A stretch of DNA of 64,000 nucleotides from Chlorokybus atmophyticus (Eukaryota; Plantae; Mesostigma and Chlorokybus algae): positions 695,036 through 759,035 of the forward strand of contig RHPI01002048.1 in NCBI GenBank assembly GCA_009103225.1. Direction: 5' to 3'. Of the stretch, positions 1 through 10,663 are shown in pieces. The position numbers were made by a program, and so were the translations under genes. The notes beneath the pieces were generated by a model. The model was not told the DNA's origin, did no database searches, and saw only the letters and a program-made list of their open reading frames with translations. Position 1 is the first letter of the stretch, and each line of letters begins with the position of its first letter.

Positions 1-1960
1 GTGAAGCGGGCGAGTTGAGAAGGTCTGCAGCTCATCGACCCGAATGGCATCGAGCGTCGTGTGTTTCCTGCGCTTGCCAACTACATCAGCGATTTGCAGG
101 TAGTGGGCATGAATGGTTGTAACCGGATGCAGCCTGCCAGCAAACAGTGCATGGAGGATGTTGTCAGTAGAACATCTGAGTTTGTCGTGTTGTAGGAGAC
201 TGCCACACTCGCATGCACTGTGTCGGGCAACCAAGCACGACATTCTTGCGATGTTTGTCTCGTCAACAAATCAGATCTGTTGGAGATGGATGAGGACCGG
301 GAATTGAGAACCGAGGCCTTCTACACACCAGCAATACGTCAGCTGCGGGCGGACCTGCATAGCGGTGTTAGGAATGCACGCCATACAGCCAAGGCTTTCA
401 AAGAGCAGCACTCCATGCATGTCGAGGAGGTAATGGTCAAATCATCGGCATTCGTGAGGATGAATGGCTTTCCGTGAAACCAGGCAATGTGGTTTGGCAA
501 CAGAATGCACTGTGGGGTTGGCGACAGTCGCGGGTGCCGCGAGCGTATTGCTACTCTCGTCTTGCCCCTGATGCAATGCATGTGCTAGGAGGCATCATTG
601 ACCACCTGCTTGCTGCTGTGTGCGACGCCGCGAAGGAATGAATGCGTCCATCCACGAGACAGATTCTGCAGGCCAGGCACGTCTTTGGTGTTGCTTTTGT
701 GTTGAACACAAAAGCAACACCAACGACACGTGCTCACGAGCAGATGTGCACAGGCTGAATGCATGCAAGGCGACTCTGCGGGTTTCGCACTTCAAGGCAC
801 GCACAAGCACAGTAGATTTCTTTCTGTCCGACCACTCCTTTCAGGTGGTGGAGAAAGTGGCGGTGCTGCAGCTGCTGCCGGTCCTCGCAGACGGTTTGCT
901 GCTCGACAGTGAGGGCAACGATTTCTTCACCATTGCTGCCGCATCGCTTGCACAGTGGAACAAGAAGTTGCTCAAGGCGCATGAACATACAAGAGAGACC
1001 CTGACCACAGCCGACAACGAGCTGGCTGCCTTCAAAGCTGCAGTGTTGCATCCGCTACTGTCGTCATATTCTGCACAGAAGTCAGGTTGAAAGATCGAGA
1101 AGATGCATCAGCTCACTCATTTTGGGCCGGCAATTGTCAGCAATGGACACCCAGATTGGTTCAGCGCCAACCGCATGGAGCAGACGCACGCCCAAAATAT
1201 GAAACGGTGGGCGCGTGGTGGCAACAACCGGGACTACCAGGCACGTATCCTGAAGGCATGGAGCTGTGCGGAATATGTGAGAGAGGATGGCATGGTCGTG
1301 GATCCCGAGATGCGCTCGATCATGGCGCAGGCGCGGCAGCAGTGCTGTAATGTCATGGAGAAGACGGACAAGTTGCTATGGATGGATGTGCTGACAAGGA
1401 GGGAGTCCAGCCCGTACTTGAGCGGATCTGCGCGTAGCCGCCAAGTCGCCTTGAAGACTCCATTCGCCGACAAGCTGCCTGCCACCCTGGACAGCTGGAT
1501 GAGGAGGGAACAACTGGCTGACGGGTGGCGTGCTGTTCGCGTGGTGAACGGAGGCGCAGCAGTGTACATGACATCAGGAGTCAGCATGGCGCGCGCAACT
1601 GGGATGTTCCATGGGCGGCCTTGGTTCTCTACACTTGAGTTGAAAGGTGATGAGGACGGTGTGAACGTGACGTGGTGGGCTCAGGCACTCCTTTTTCTGC
1701 GCGTGGTGGTGTGGGGTGGTAGCGGCGAGCGCGTGTGGAAGGAGGTCGTGTTTGTCCGCTGGTACACGAAGCTGGATGTGACGAGCGACACAAAGTGCAT
1801 CGCTCTGGAATGGGAAAAGCGTCGAGGCGGTCCACATCTCGATGTCGTGACTCTGGAGCAAGTAAAAGGCATTGTCCAGCTGCTCCCCATGTTTGACAAG
1901 GACAGCGCCCGTGTACAAGAGGGCAAGTATTGGGTGAACGTTCACTGCACTTCCACGTGA
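1..1960 (+). pseudogene. Plavaka-family transposase, 3' part, degenerate
   Basis: Motifs read across an intron at ~100-195: DPNGIERRVFPALANYISDLQ|ETATLAC...CDVC. Also LAPDAMHVLGGIIDHL, KMHQLTHF...NG..D.FS...MEQTH...K, and C-terminal RATGMFHGRPWFS...VFVRWY...LEQVKGIVQLLP...YWVN. Contains in-frame stops (16-18, 1088-1090) and frameshifts. Confidence 0.8.
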
Positions 1961-2163
1961 CACATGTACTTGTCTCACTACTCTGAGTTTGGAGCATATC
2001 AGTCAGTTAGGCATTGCTAATCGTATGCTAAGACTTTTGCATGTGGACGTGTACAATACCGGGCAGCTGTCACTGCACAACTGTCACCACAATCGAATGA
2101 TCCATGCAACATTCAACAATCAGTCCGCCGTGTGGCATTAAGCATCAATACAGTGCACCACAC

Positions 2164-3892
2164 TCAAGCCTCATAGTTCCATGACACATGAGGGTAGTGA
2201 CAGCGCATATCCATTGTTTCAAGCATGAGACGCCCTATGCACTTCGCCATTGCGGGAGGAACTGCATTCGCTATGGAAATGGCCGAGGTCATCCATGGCA
2301 CTCCTAGCGCTGTTTGCCACGCAGCAATGCCGCCCCTGGTGCTTGGAAGGCCATAGACCGGGTACATCTGCTGTGGCGCGTTTGATGTCACGATTGTCTT
2401 CTTCGCGCTAGCGGACAGGTGCGGCGATAGCAGTCCAACTGCCTTGCCCGCGTGCGAGCAGCGTGCTGGTGGGGTAGCTACCACTTGCTGTGTCTCAAAC
2501 AGACAGTGACGGAAAGTTGATAGGCCAAACATCGTGCCACAAAGGGACAGATTGGGTCTGAATGAGGAAGCTGCTCCTGGCAACTTCTCAATCACAAACT
2601 TGACTTGGCTTGCAAGCAGCAGACGTCGGACGAGCGGCATCATATCCTGGTGTCTCCAGGATGTGCCATGTGCCGCCCGTTGAGGTGCCGGGATAGCACC
2701 TGAATAGGCCTGGCATGGTGGACTAGCCCAGATGAGCTCGTACTCGCTCAGCTCTCCTGCACTCAGGGTGCATACATCGCGGGGTATGAAGGGCAGCGGG
2801 TACTCAGAGGAGGGACTTATGTCCATCCCCGTCACGTCAAAGCCTGCGTGGTATAGACCAACACTGGCACCGCCACCGCCGCAGAATAAGTCGGGTGCCC
2901 TTGGTCTGCGTGTGCGTCCCAGCTTGTTGTCAAATGGCGTGTATGTGGTCAAGGCTGGCCGTGGTGCTGGCCAGGGACTAACAATGATGCCGTCCGGGCT
3001 TACTTTGCGACTGACGTTCTCCCCTCCGGCGCGCAGAACATGGCGTGCCCCGTCAACTGATGTGTACGCGAATACGTTGTGCCCTTTGAAGTTGATGGTT
3101 TGTGGTCGATCACCGTCATCGAATACTATACGGTGCTGCTCTGCAAAGACATTTTTCATTGCACCATGCATATATGATGCGTCCTCAATCTCGCACGCCA
3201 CGAAGCGATGCTGACCTGACGCTTGCCTGAATGATTCCACAACGCCCGCATACCATTCCCCATGCAGCGGCCAATGCACCATGACACTCACACCGATCAG
3301 CTGCTCGCATCCCAACTTAACTGCGTTCCGCAGCCGATGCAGTGCGCTGTCCAACGGTCGATGGTCTGCCTCCTCTACAGCGGCCAGGGGATGGAACTGC
3401 CCTCGCCCACACCGTGCAAGACTGCTCTGAATGCGACAACAGCTTCAACATGCATGAAATAAGCATACGCCCAACATAACATGCAGTGATACGTAGCGGT
3501 CCACTCTTATGGATTACCTCCACAGCATCCACCACCTGTCCACTAACCACATGTCCCGGTGTTGTCCATGTGAAGAAGCGCATGAGTTCCCCTCGCCACT
3601 CGAAGCATGAGCGCGAGCACGATTCGCACACGCACTGCACGCAATGGAAAAACTCGGGTTTCATGCACAGCACTTGGCCAAGGCGGCAGCCAAACACGTC
3701 GACATTGTGTGTGGTGTGATGCCAGCAAGCAGCACTAAAACCGTGGCACACTGTCTGCACTCGCTGGCATTCGGTCAAGTGTGCTCGCATTTGCTGCCTA
3801 CGGCCATTGGCACATACGTACGCATTGCATTGTGGGCACACCAAGCATGGTCTCCTAGGTGAGGGTGATTCAACTGCTGCCGCCGACATCAT
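2164..3892 (-). CDS. Cys/His-rich Zn finger + Tudor-like domain + short prokaryote/phage-type C5 cytosine DNA methyltransferase; model exons 3892-3518, 3426-3216, 3140-2164 (520 aa)
   Basis: MTase motifs: I DLFCGGGG, IV ASPPCQAYS, VI VIEKL, VIII RHC, X ANAVPP. Tudor LIGVSVMVHWPLHGEWYAGVVESFRQASEQHRIVFDDGD appears after removing a 75-nt GT-AG intron (3141-3215). A 91-nt phase-0 intron (3427-3517) joins the CPQC...H...C exon in frame. Confidence 0.85.
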
Positions 3893-3935
3893 GCAAAATA
3901 GGAATCGGCACGGCTGCCCACAAACTGAGCGAGAC

Positions 3936-4093
3936 TTTAGGGTATGGGCATCAATTTAGGGTTGCCAGCTTACGAACCCTAAATGGGTTAAATTTCAAGT
4001 GAAGCACGACTGTATCTTATTCGCTATTGCAGTACCATGCATGGTACTACATCAACATGAATAGTACTCCATATGTTAATGGTACTACAGTAC
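3936..4093. promoter_or_regulatory. Promoter cluster upstream of the MTase gene: three TTTAGGG/telo-box motifs, a perfect 18-bp palindrome and five GTAC cores
   Basis: TTTAGGG at 3936 and 3955, AACCCTAAA at 3975. AGTACCATGCATGGTACT at 4031-4048. GTAC at 4032, 4044, 4064, 4082 and 4090. Confidence 0.45.
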
Positions 4094-4375
4094 AAGGATA
4101 CTCGCATACTACCACGATCGTAGAGTAATACTGTGCTGTCATGCCATGGAACCCAGAGCGCTGTCCGAGTTTGTTGCTGTCAACCACGCTCTAAACCAGC
4201 GAGGTATGCAAGCCATGCACTGACTCATGCGCCGGGCAGTCATCATACACATGTACAGCCAATGCTTCTAACAACAGCAGATCTCTGGTGCACCATGCAC
4301 CATGCTGCAACTATACATGTACCTACATGGTTCACAGGAAGCCAACACAAAACTACAATACATGCACAATTGACA

Positions 4376-5353
4376 TCAAGGCGGGGGCCAAATCACCGCC
4401 GACACGTTGGCGTCTTGCATCAGGCGTGGCGACCAAAACAGGTGAGGTTGCTTGCAGAATTGACACGCTTGTAGATTCTTTGATTTATTTGCCACAGTCT
4501 TTTGATGTGCTATGATGCAGACATGGCACATCGCTTTCTTGCAACAGGGCGTCTCCCCATCCGCTGGGGGGGGTGGCTCTTCAATGCGACAAATCAGCAC
4601 ACATGGTGCACGCGGGTGTGCAAGCTGCCTCTGCCACCAAACTCTGTTATCGCGTCGCAGGCGTAGCGACTCCCATCTGAATGGCGCAGCATATCGCTCC
4701 ACTGCCTGCTTGATCACCTGACGCCCATCTGCCGCCATACACCACCTGCTGGTCTTGGTGGTCTCGTCCAGCATGCGTTCATCCAGGCCCTCGACATGGC
4801 TGTCGTCACTCGTGTACTCCCCCGCATCGTCATTTTCTTCGAGCTTCCACAGAATCAGCTCGACGTGCCGTATGACATACAGCCACTGCCAGCCAAAGCA
4901 TGCCAAGTACAGCTCGCATGGTTTTACTTGCCACCCAGTATGTTTGCTCAGGTAGTGGCACACATCTCGACCCGCATTAATCGACATCGATAGGTACATG
5001 TGCTGCAGCAGGTCGAAGTTCTGCACCGCAGATAGCTCTTGCATATTGCCGGGTTGCTGCGGCAGCAACAACACAATCATATCGAGGACGGCGAGGGGCA
5101 ACAACGTACTACGGATGGCCATATCGTGTATGGGTTCCAACCACGGCCAATCCCCAGAGGTCTGTTTAGACCGCATTCTCCGCGTTTGCTCCCACTTATT
5201 GCAAACTTTCGTCACCCACCTCGAGGCATGCCGCATGCGGTGATGCAGCGCGTCTTGGGCGTACTGTAGGGTGATCAACTCCTTTGCACTACGAGTCAGC
5301 CCCCCAAAGCGTCTGCGCGTCGGTGCTTTGAGCTTAGGCAGCTTGTGCCGCAC
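4376..5353 (-). CDS. ORF with C-terminal RING-like Cys cluster (possibly last exon of the OTU gene)
   Basis: CVLIC...PCCKKAMCHVC...CQFC spacing resembles a RING variant. The ORF has no ATG of its own, and a GTGAGG donor lies upstream at ~5485. Confidence 0.5.
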   Translation of the reverse strand: MRHKLPKLKAPTRRRFGGLTRSAKELITLQYAQDALHHRMRHASRWVTKVCNKWEQTRRMRSKQTSGDWPWLEPIHDMAIRSTLLPLAVLDMIVLLLPQQPGNMQELSAVQNFDLLQHMYLSMSINAGRDVCHYLSKHTGWQVKPCELYLACFGWQWLYVIRHVELILWKLEENDDAGEYTSDDSHVEGLDERMLDETTKTSRWCMAADGRQVIKQAVERYAAPFRWESLRLRRDNRVWWQRQLAHPRAPCVLICRIEEPPPPADGETPCCKKAMCHVCIIAHQKTVANKSKNLQACQFCKQPHLFWSPRLMQDANVSAVIWPPP

Positions 5354-5482
5354 CGGCTGTCTCTCTGGACGATGCTAAGCAGCCACTTGACGCTGTAAAC
5401 CCGCCTGTGCCTACTCAGGACACACAGTCAGCCCCAGTGAGGCTTCAAGGCGCTGTGCTTCTTCTAATGTTGTAACGATGCC

Positions 5483-7490
5483 TCACCTTTCCTTTTTTGG
5501 TCCTGTCAGCGTCCTTTGTTCCAACAACCTTCTTCTTTTTTTTTTGTCACCCTGCACATCTTGACAGGCGCTCTCCGTGGCACTGTCACTCAGAGGAGGT
5601 AAGGCGTTATCTTCTTGCTCCACAGCCTTGCGCTTGTTGGTTGCCTCCCGTTCCTCCACGACCTCATGTTGCTTCATGAGGTCGAGCATGAAGCCTTTGT
5701 CTTTCAGCGCAGCTTTCAGGACACCTCGATCAATCTCTTTACCAACAAGACAGGCTGGGATCAATGTGGCAAGCTTAGAGGGAGAGGGCGAGCTACAGCT
5801 GCTTCTTCATGGAGATGCCTCCAGATGGTCAGAGTGCGGTGGCAAGTGAGTCTCCGCGGCAGGAAGGGAGGGTGCTGAATTGGGATTGCGAGCATGTGGT
5901 TGTGGTTGAGGGGAGGCAGGATGTGCAGAACACTCGGCTACTTCTTGCCTAGCACACGAAGGCGAGGCTTGAGGCGTTCGCGCAGCACTCTGGGTCACAG
6001 CCGGTGGTAGCGGGGAATTGGCAACGCCATTCCGCCACTCTCCGATCAGATGTATTACCTCCGGTGGCACTTCATGCATAGGCCACAACCACTGTTCGGT
6101 GCTTGCAGGCTTTAGGAGCCAAAAGTGTGCTTCTGGCTCATCAAGAGCAGTGTTGCCCACCACCAGGACTGAGTTGGGGGCTTCTTTATTTCCAACCCAA
6201 ACTGCGCTGCCGGGCCGTGGCACCCACTCCCCATGCTCGCGCTGAACGGTCACGCAGCCAATCAACAAGCCCAGCTTGTTGGCAAACATGGTCATCTGCA
6301 GGTGCTCGACGTACACATCTTTTCTCCGCACGATCTGTCGCACCTTGGCCATGGCTAGGTCAATGTTGCAGTTGATATCAGCCAACATGGTCGCAGGCAA
6401 TTTGTCGTAATACTGCGCCATCTCTCCCGCGGCACCAGTGGCTCTGCAGAAGTCTAGGATTCTGCTCGCCACGCCTGCATCGACAGCCTTGGCGGTGATT
6501 TTGCGGAGAGTGTGCCCCCTGCCGTCGTCGTCCATGGTGTCCAGCATGGCCCAAAATCTGCTCGAGCTGGGGCACTTGTGATCATCCAGGACACTTTGCG
6601 CTATGGATGGCCTGGAGCGAAATACACAATGGTAGAAGCAATTACCATCAGTTGGCGCATTGAAGTGGTCCCATGAGGCGAGCTGGCCATCTAGCATGAC
6701 TGATGGCCGTATGCGGGCTGCGGCCAGCTCCTCTGATGACTCGCTGGCAGGTGGTGACCCCTGCTGCATGCGCATACAGCACTCACATGGTGTGTCCAAC
6801 TGTGGACGGCAAGAGTCACAGTGACTGATAAAGTACCTGAGTTTGGGGCAGACTGCCGGCTTCAACTTGCAGCGGGTGGGGTAAGGTAGGTGCAGAAGCC
6901 ACATCGGTTGTTGCATTGTGCTGTGGTCTCGCCGGTGGCGGCAAGAAGGATTGTTGCCCCGCAATCACCGGTGCTGCTTGTGGAGGAGATGGCAGTGCAT
7001 GAAGGACTGGTGCCGCGGAAGGTGGTTGCGCTCTGGCTGAGAGGGGAGCAGGAGCGGCAGGTGAGACCACTTGTGCATGCAGCAAGGGGGGCTGTATACA
7101 GAACCCAGGATAAGATGGCTCACAATGTTGCAAAGGACGAATATAAGCTGATGCAGTGCCTGACGCATTGTTACCAAGGCACGAGCATAAAAGACAGCGA
7201 CTTACCTCAATGGCCCGTGGGCTGCATGGAGCAGGGGAAGCCATGGGGGCTGACAAGGTGGTATTGGCTGCACTCTCCCCGCCACCCTCGATGGCAGACT
7301 CGCCACGGAGCTCGTGAGCCATGGGCACATCATGCGCCACTGCCCCAATGGACATGTCGGGATTCAAGAGGCCAACATGCATGTTAAACTGATGCCGCAT
7401 TGCCGCCGCGCCCATCAGCAAGTGGGATTGATTGAAGGACCAGTTGATGGAATTGAATCCAGGCTTGCATAGGAGCTCCAACAGGACCTA
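5483..7490 (-). CDS. OTU-family cysteine protease (deubiquitinase) gene, multi-exon, interrupted by one TGA
   Basis: Catalytic-loop motif TDGNCFYHC (~6630-6655), YVEHLQMTMFANKLGLLI and a distal HFWLL. Introns 7205-7092 and 6836-6764 join a Pro/Ala linker in frame. TGA at 5807-5809 is followed by the same-frame ORF 5764-5483. Confidence 0.7.
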
Positions 7491-7989
7491 GTGCACTGTG
7501 GTGCTGTCAACCAATCACATGTGGGTTAGCTGCATGCTTGCGACACTGCAATTGCAATAGTCAATTGCGTCACACCGTCACCAGTTGGTTGCTTCGAACA
7601 ATCACCTGCGGCATTGCTGGTTGATGCACGAATGATTGCATGGACTGCATTATTGCTGGTTGATGCACTATTGGTTGAATGCCGGACGACTGGCCACGCG
7701 CTCCTGTGCTCAAACCCCGCCTACTTTGTTCGGCACGCGCGCGCGACTTCGCACGCTCACGCACATCCTAGCATGTAAAGGAAGGCATGCATTGGAGCCG
7801 ACATTGCAGTCAACATGCACAGCGAGATTGGCAACAACATACCGCCGCCCAGCTCTGTCTATCTGCTCTTGCTTCCGCAATGTCGGCTTGACTGTAGGGT
7901 GGGTATGGGGGAATAGTGGAGGCCTGCAGCCACGCTACATATATCACATGGACTGCGCTAAAAAACAAATTGCTCTTGCAAGGAAATGC

Positions 7990-8470
7990 ATGTGACTGTT
8001 CAGCGTACCTCTGCATTCCTTTGTGCTTGTTCCCACAGCCGCAGTTGGTCCCGCATGGTTCTGACAAGGGGCTCCAAGGACTGCAGCTCCTGATCCACTC
8101 CCTGTCGCAGAAAGCGAGCCACCAAGCAGCTCTTTGTGTGAAGATGGTCTTTAATGGCTTGCCTGCTGGTTTGTCAAATGTCGGTGATGCATGTTGGACA
8201 GCCCCATTGCTGACGCCTGCCATGATCCATGACGTGGCGACCGGTAGTAGCTGGCTTCATTGCTTGAACTCTTACGACCACAACTTCTCGCAAGATCATC
8301 ATGATGTGCCACGCCGCCGCCGCCGCCGCCGCCTCCTCCGACTCCTGGTCCTCCGCCTCCTAGTCGAACCCAGGCCCATCAAGCCTGACATTCGACCCGT
8401 CATCGACCTGGTGCCCCTGCGTGCCATTATCCGGCCATCAATGAAGCGTGTTTGGGTGAGTGCATGCTAA
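7990..8470 (-). pseudogene. Degenerate exon with C2HC-like Zn finger and coiled coil
   Basis: One frame reads WGCPTCITDI*QTSRQAIKDHLHTKSC...DQELQSLEPLVRTMRDQLRLWEQAQRNAE and ends at a GTACGC donor. Stops include TGA at 8174-8176 and TAG at 8360-8362. Confidence 0.4.
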
Positions 8471-8494
8471 CTCCCATTTGGGCTGATCGAGCAA

Positions 8495-8655
8495 TGCCTC
8501 TGTCGTAACATGGATGGTACGACATAGCCATTGTACGGCAATCGCTGGGGTTGGACGAGAGATGCCTCTGTCGTACCATAAATGTTACGACACAACCATT
8601 GTTACCAATGGTTGTACGAAGCATGGATGGCACGAATGCATAAGTCGTACCATCA
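8495..8655. repeat. Cluster of palindromes / duplicated ~41-bp unit in the divergent intergenic region
   Basis: TGTCGTAACAT-GG-ATGGTACGACA (8501-8524), TGTCGTACCAT-AA-ATGTTACGACA (8569-8592) and CAACCATTG-TTAC-CAATGGTTG (8593-8614). Confidence 0.85.
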
Positions 8656-8835
8656 ACCATAGGAGCAAGGACGCACTACAAGTGCGACTCTAGTGCGGGA
8701 CTCTAGACGTTCAAAACCGCCTCATTTTCGTTTTCGCGCCTCGTACATTCGGGCGGGCCAACCGGCGGCGGCAGCGTTGGAGGCGGCAGCGCCACTTATA
8801 GCTAAACAGGCGGCACCCGACTATCAGTTGGAGAG

Positions 8836-10663
8836 ATGCCTCGTGGTCCATCCGTAAGTGCACCTCGTCGTGGAGGTCGGCGCCAGTTGTCCACATTGCC
8901 CCCAGTGTTCAACCAGGCAACCGTCGCCAACCAATCGCAGCAAGACCCCGCGCTAACGCCCAGCACATCACAACAACTCCACCTGACACCGCAGTCGCAA
9001 GGGCAAGCTAGACTGCATGCGTTCTTGATGCACTGTGCACGTTGCTTCTTGCTCAACTTCTAACTTTGGATGCTTGCTTCTATCATGACTAGCACAGTGA
9101 CTCACTGCATGCGTTCTGGATACACTGTGCACGTTATTCTTCTTTTGCAACTGTGAGGGTTGCATCTTTCATGGCTGGCAGCATGACTCATGTGGTTGTG
9201 CTTGCAGAGGGTCGATTGAAACCCCCAACCCAAACGCATTTGGCCGTGACGTGACAACCTCGGCCATCAGCAACCCTTCCCCAAGCAAGTGGAAGATTGG
9301 CAACGAGGTAAGCACTGTGTGACACTGTGACACTGTGTGTATGTGTGTAACGGATTGTTCTTCTGTGGACAGCATTTGCGAGATGCCGTCGTTGAAATCA
9401 TAAACGGCCACTGGGTAGAGAGCCACGTTTATCCCAAGGAGGACACTATTCGTAACGTCATGTGTCAGGTGCTGTGAATGCTTCATGACCGCACTGCACC
9501 GTGACACTGACCAACCTGCCCGTGACAGGTAGTTGGCTTCGACCATGACGACGAGGCCGATGCGGCCAAGTTCTATGAGGTGTACTGGACTCCCAAGGAG
9601 TGCCCCTTCCACTGGAGTGTCGCCCTGAAGAAAGCTACGCAGGTCCGGTCTGAGAACGTCACCAAGATCAAGCATGTCCTTGAGAAGGAGTACAAGTGGA
9701 CACTGTTTAACAGCAACAAGCGCAAGTGAGTTGGGTCCCTCACCACCATGTCTGCTATGCAACACTGCCTTCTTACTCAGCCTCCATACACACGTACTCA
9801 TCTCGCCTATTGTAACCGATTCAATCAGGCACATCGACGCCCTAATGGACCCCGAGACCCAAAAAGCCCAGATGCGCAACGCGCTCCAAAGTAAGTCACA
9901 GGCACTATTCTAGCCTGGTGCAGGCTCAACTTGAACTATCTATTTCGTGATTAATGCCTTGTCGGTATGACTGTCGCAGACAAGTCATGGCGGAGATTTG
10001 AGGTGACCGACACTGCAGACCTGGAGCGGAGGAGATACATCCATGAATGGGGCAATCCCATAATTTGGCAAATAATTGTGCAATGCTGGTCTTACGCCGT
10101 CACTACACCTGGTCGCTGGCAGCTGACAGTCAACCACCTCGCATACCTGTTGCTTACGATGAGCACTCTGAACTCCAGCATTAGCAATTAAGGAATGATG
10201 TAGCCCCAAACTACAGGCTTGCAGACGCGTTGCAGTGAATAGTGGCTTTCGATGCCACTAAGACATGCCTGTCACTACGCAGGGGGAGCGCATCCCAAAG
10301 GGCAAGGTTGGAGACCCTCTCCTAGCTGCCAGCATAGACACACATGAAGAGTACCTCAGCGAAATCAACACCATGATGATGTCAATGAAGCGGGAGATGA
10401 GGCAACGGTACGCAGCCCTCCAGCCATTCACCCTTCTGAAACGCCGCACTGCATCTTGTGTCGAATACCTGAAAGATCCCAAATGGCGCCGGCCGCAAGA
10501 GACAGCAGCTCGTGACCCGCTCGCCAAGGCAGAAGCGGCATTTAATTGGCTGGCACAACCGTTTGAGGAGGAAGAGCAAGCTCCGGCGTCTCCTCCACAG
10601 GCCCCAGCGCGTGTTGCTTTGTTCCGTAATGACGAGCAAAGCGATGATGGAGAGGAGCTGTAG
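8836..10663 (+). CDS. Multi-exon gene of unknown function, probably transposon accessory protein (DUF6532-like by eye), partly degenerate
   Basis: Phase-consistent exons with GC/GT-AG sites: HLRDAVVEIING..., VVGFDHDDEADAAKFYEVYW..., HIDALMDPETQK..., EWGNPIIWQIIVQCW...LAYLLLT, and terminal ORF 10265-10663. In-frame TAA at 10259-10261. Confidence 0.55.

Noticed and set aside
2732-3214. Antisense ORFs such as 2732-3214, 9169-9879 and 36856-37467
   Set aside because: Shadows of real coding sequence on the opposite strand.
7092-7205. PHD-like string CLLC...HCEPSYPGFCIQPPL in ORF 6816-7481
   Set aside because: It lies exactly within a 114-nt GTAAGT...TACAG in-frame intron and lacks correct PHD ligands.
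7810-8223. Pre-SET/AWS-like EPCGTNCGCGNK in the open minus ORF
   Set aside because: Only a short Cys match with no SET domain nearby; another frame gives a more coherent Zn finger and helix ending at a donor site.
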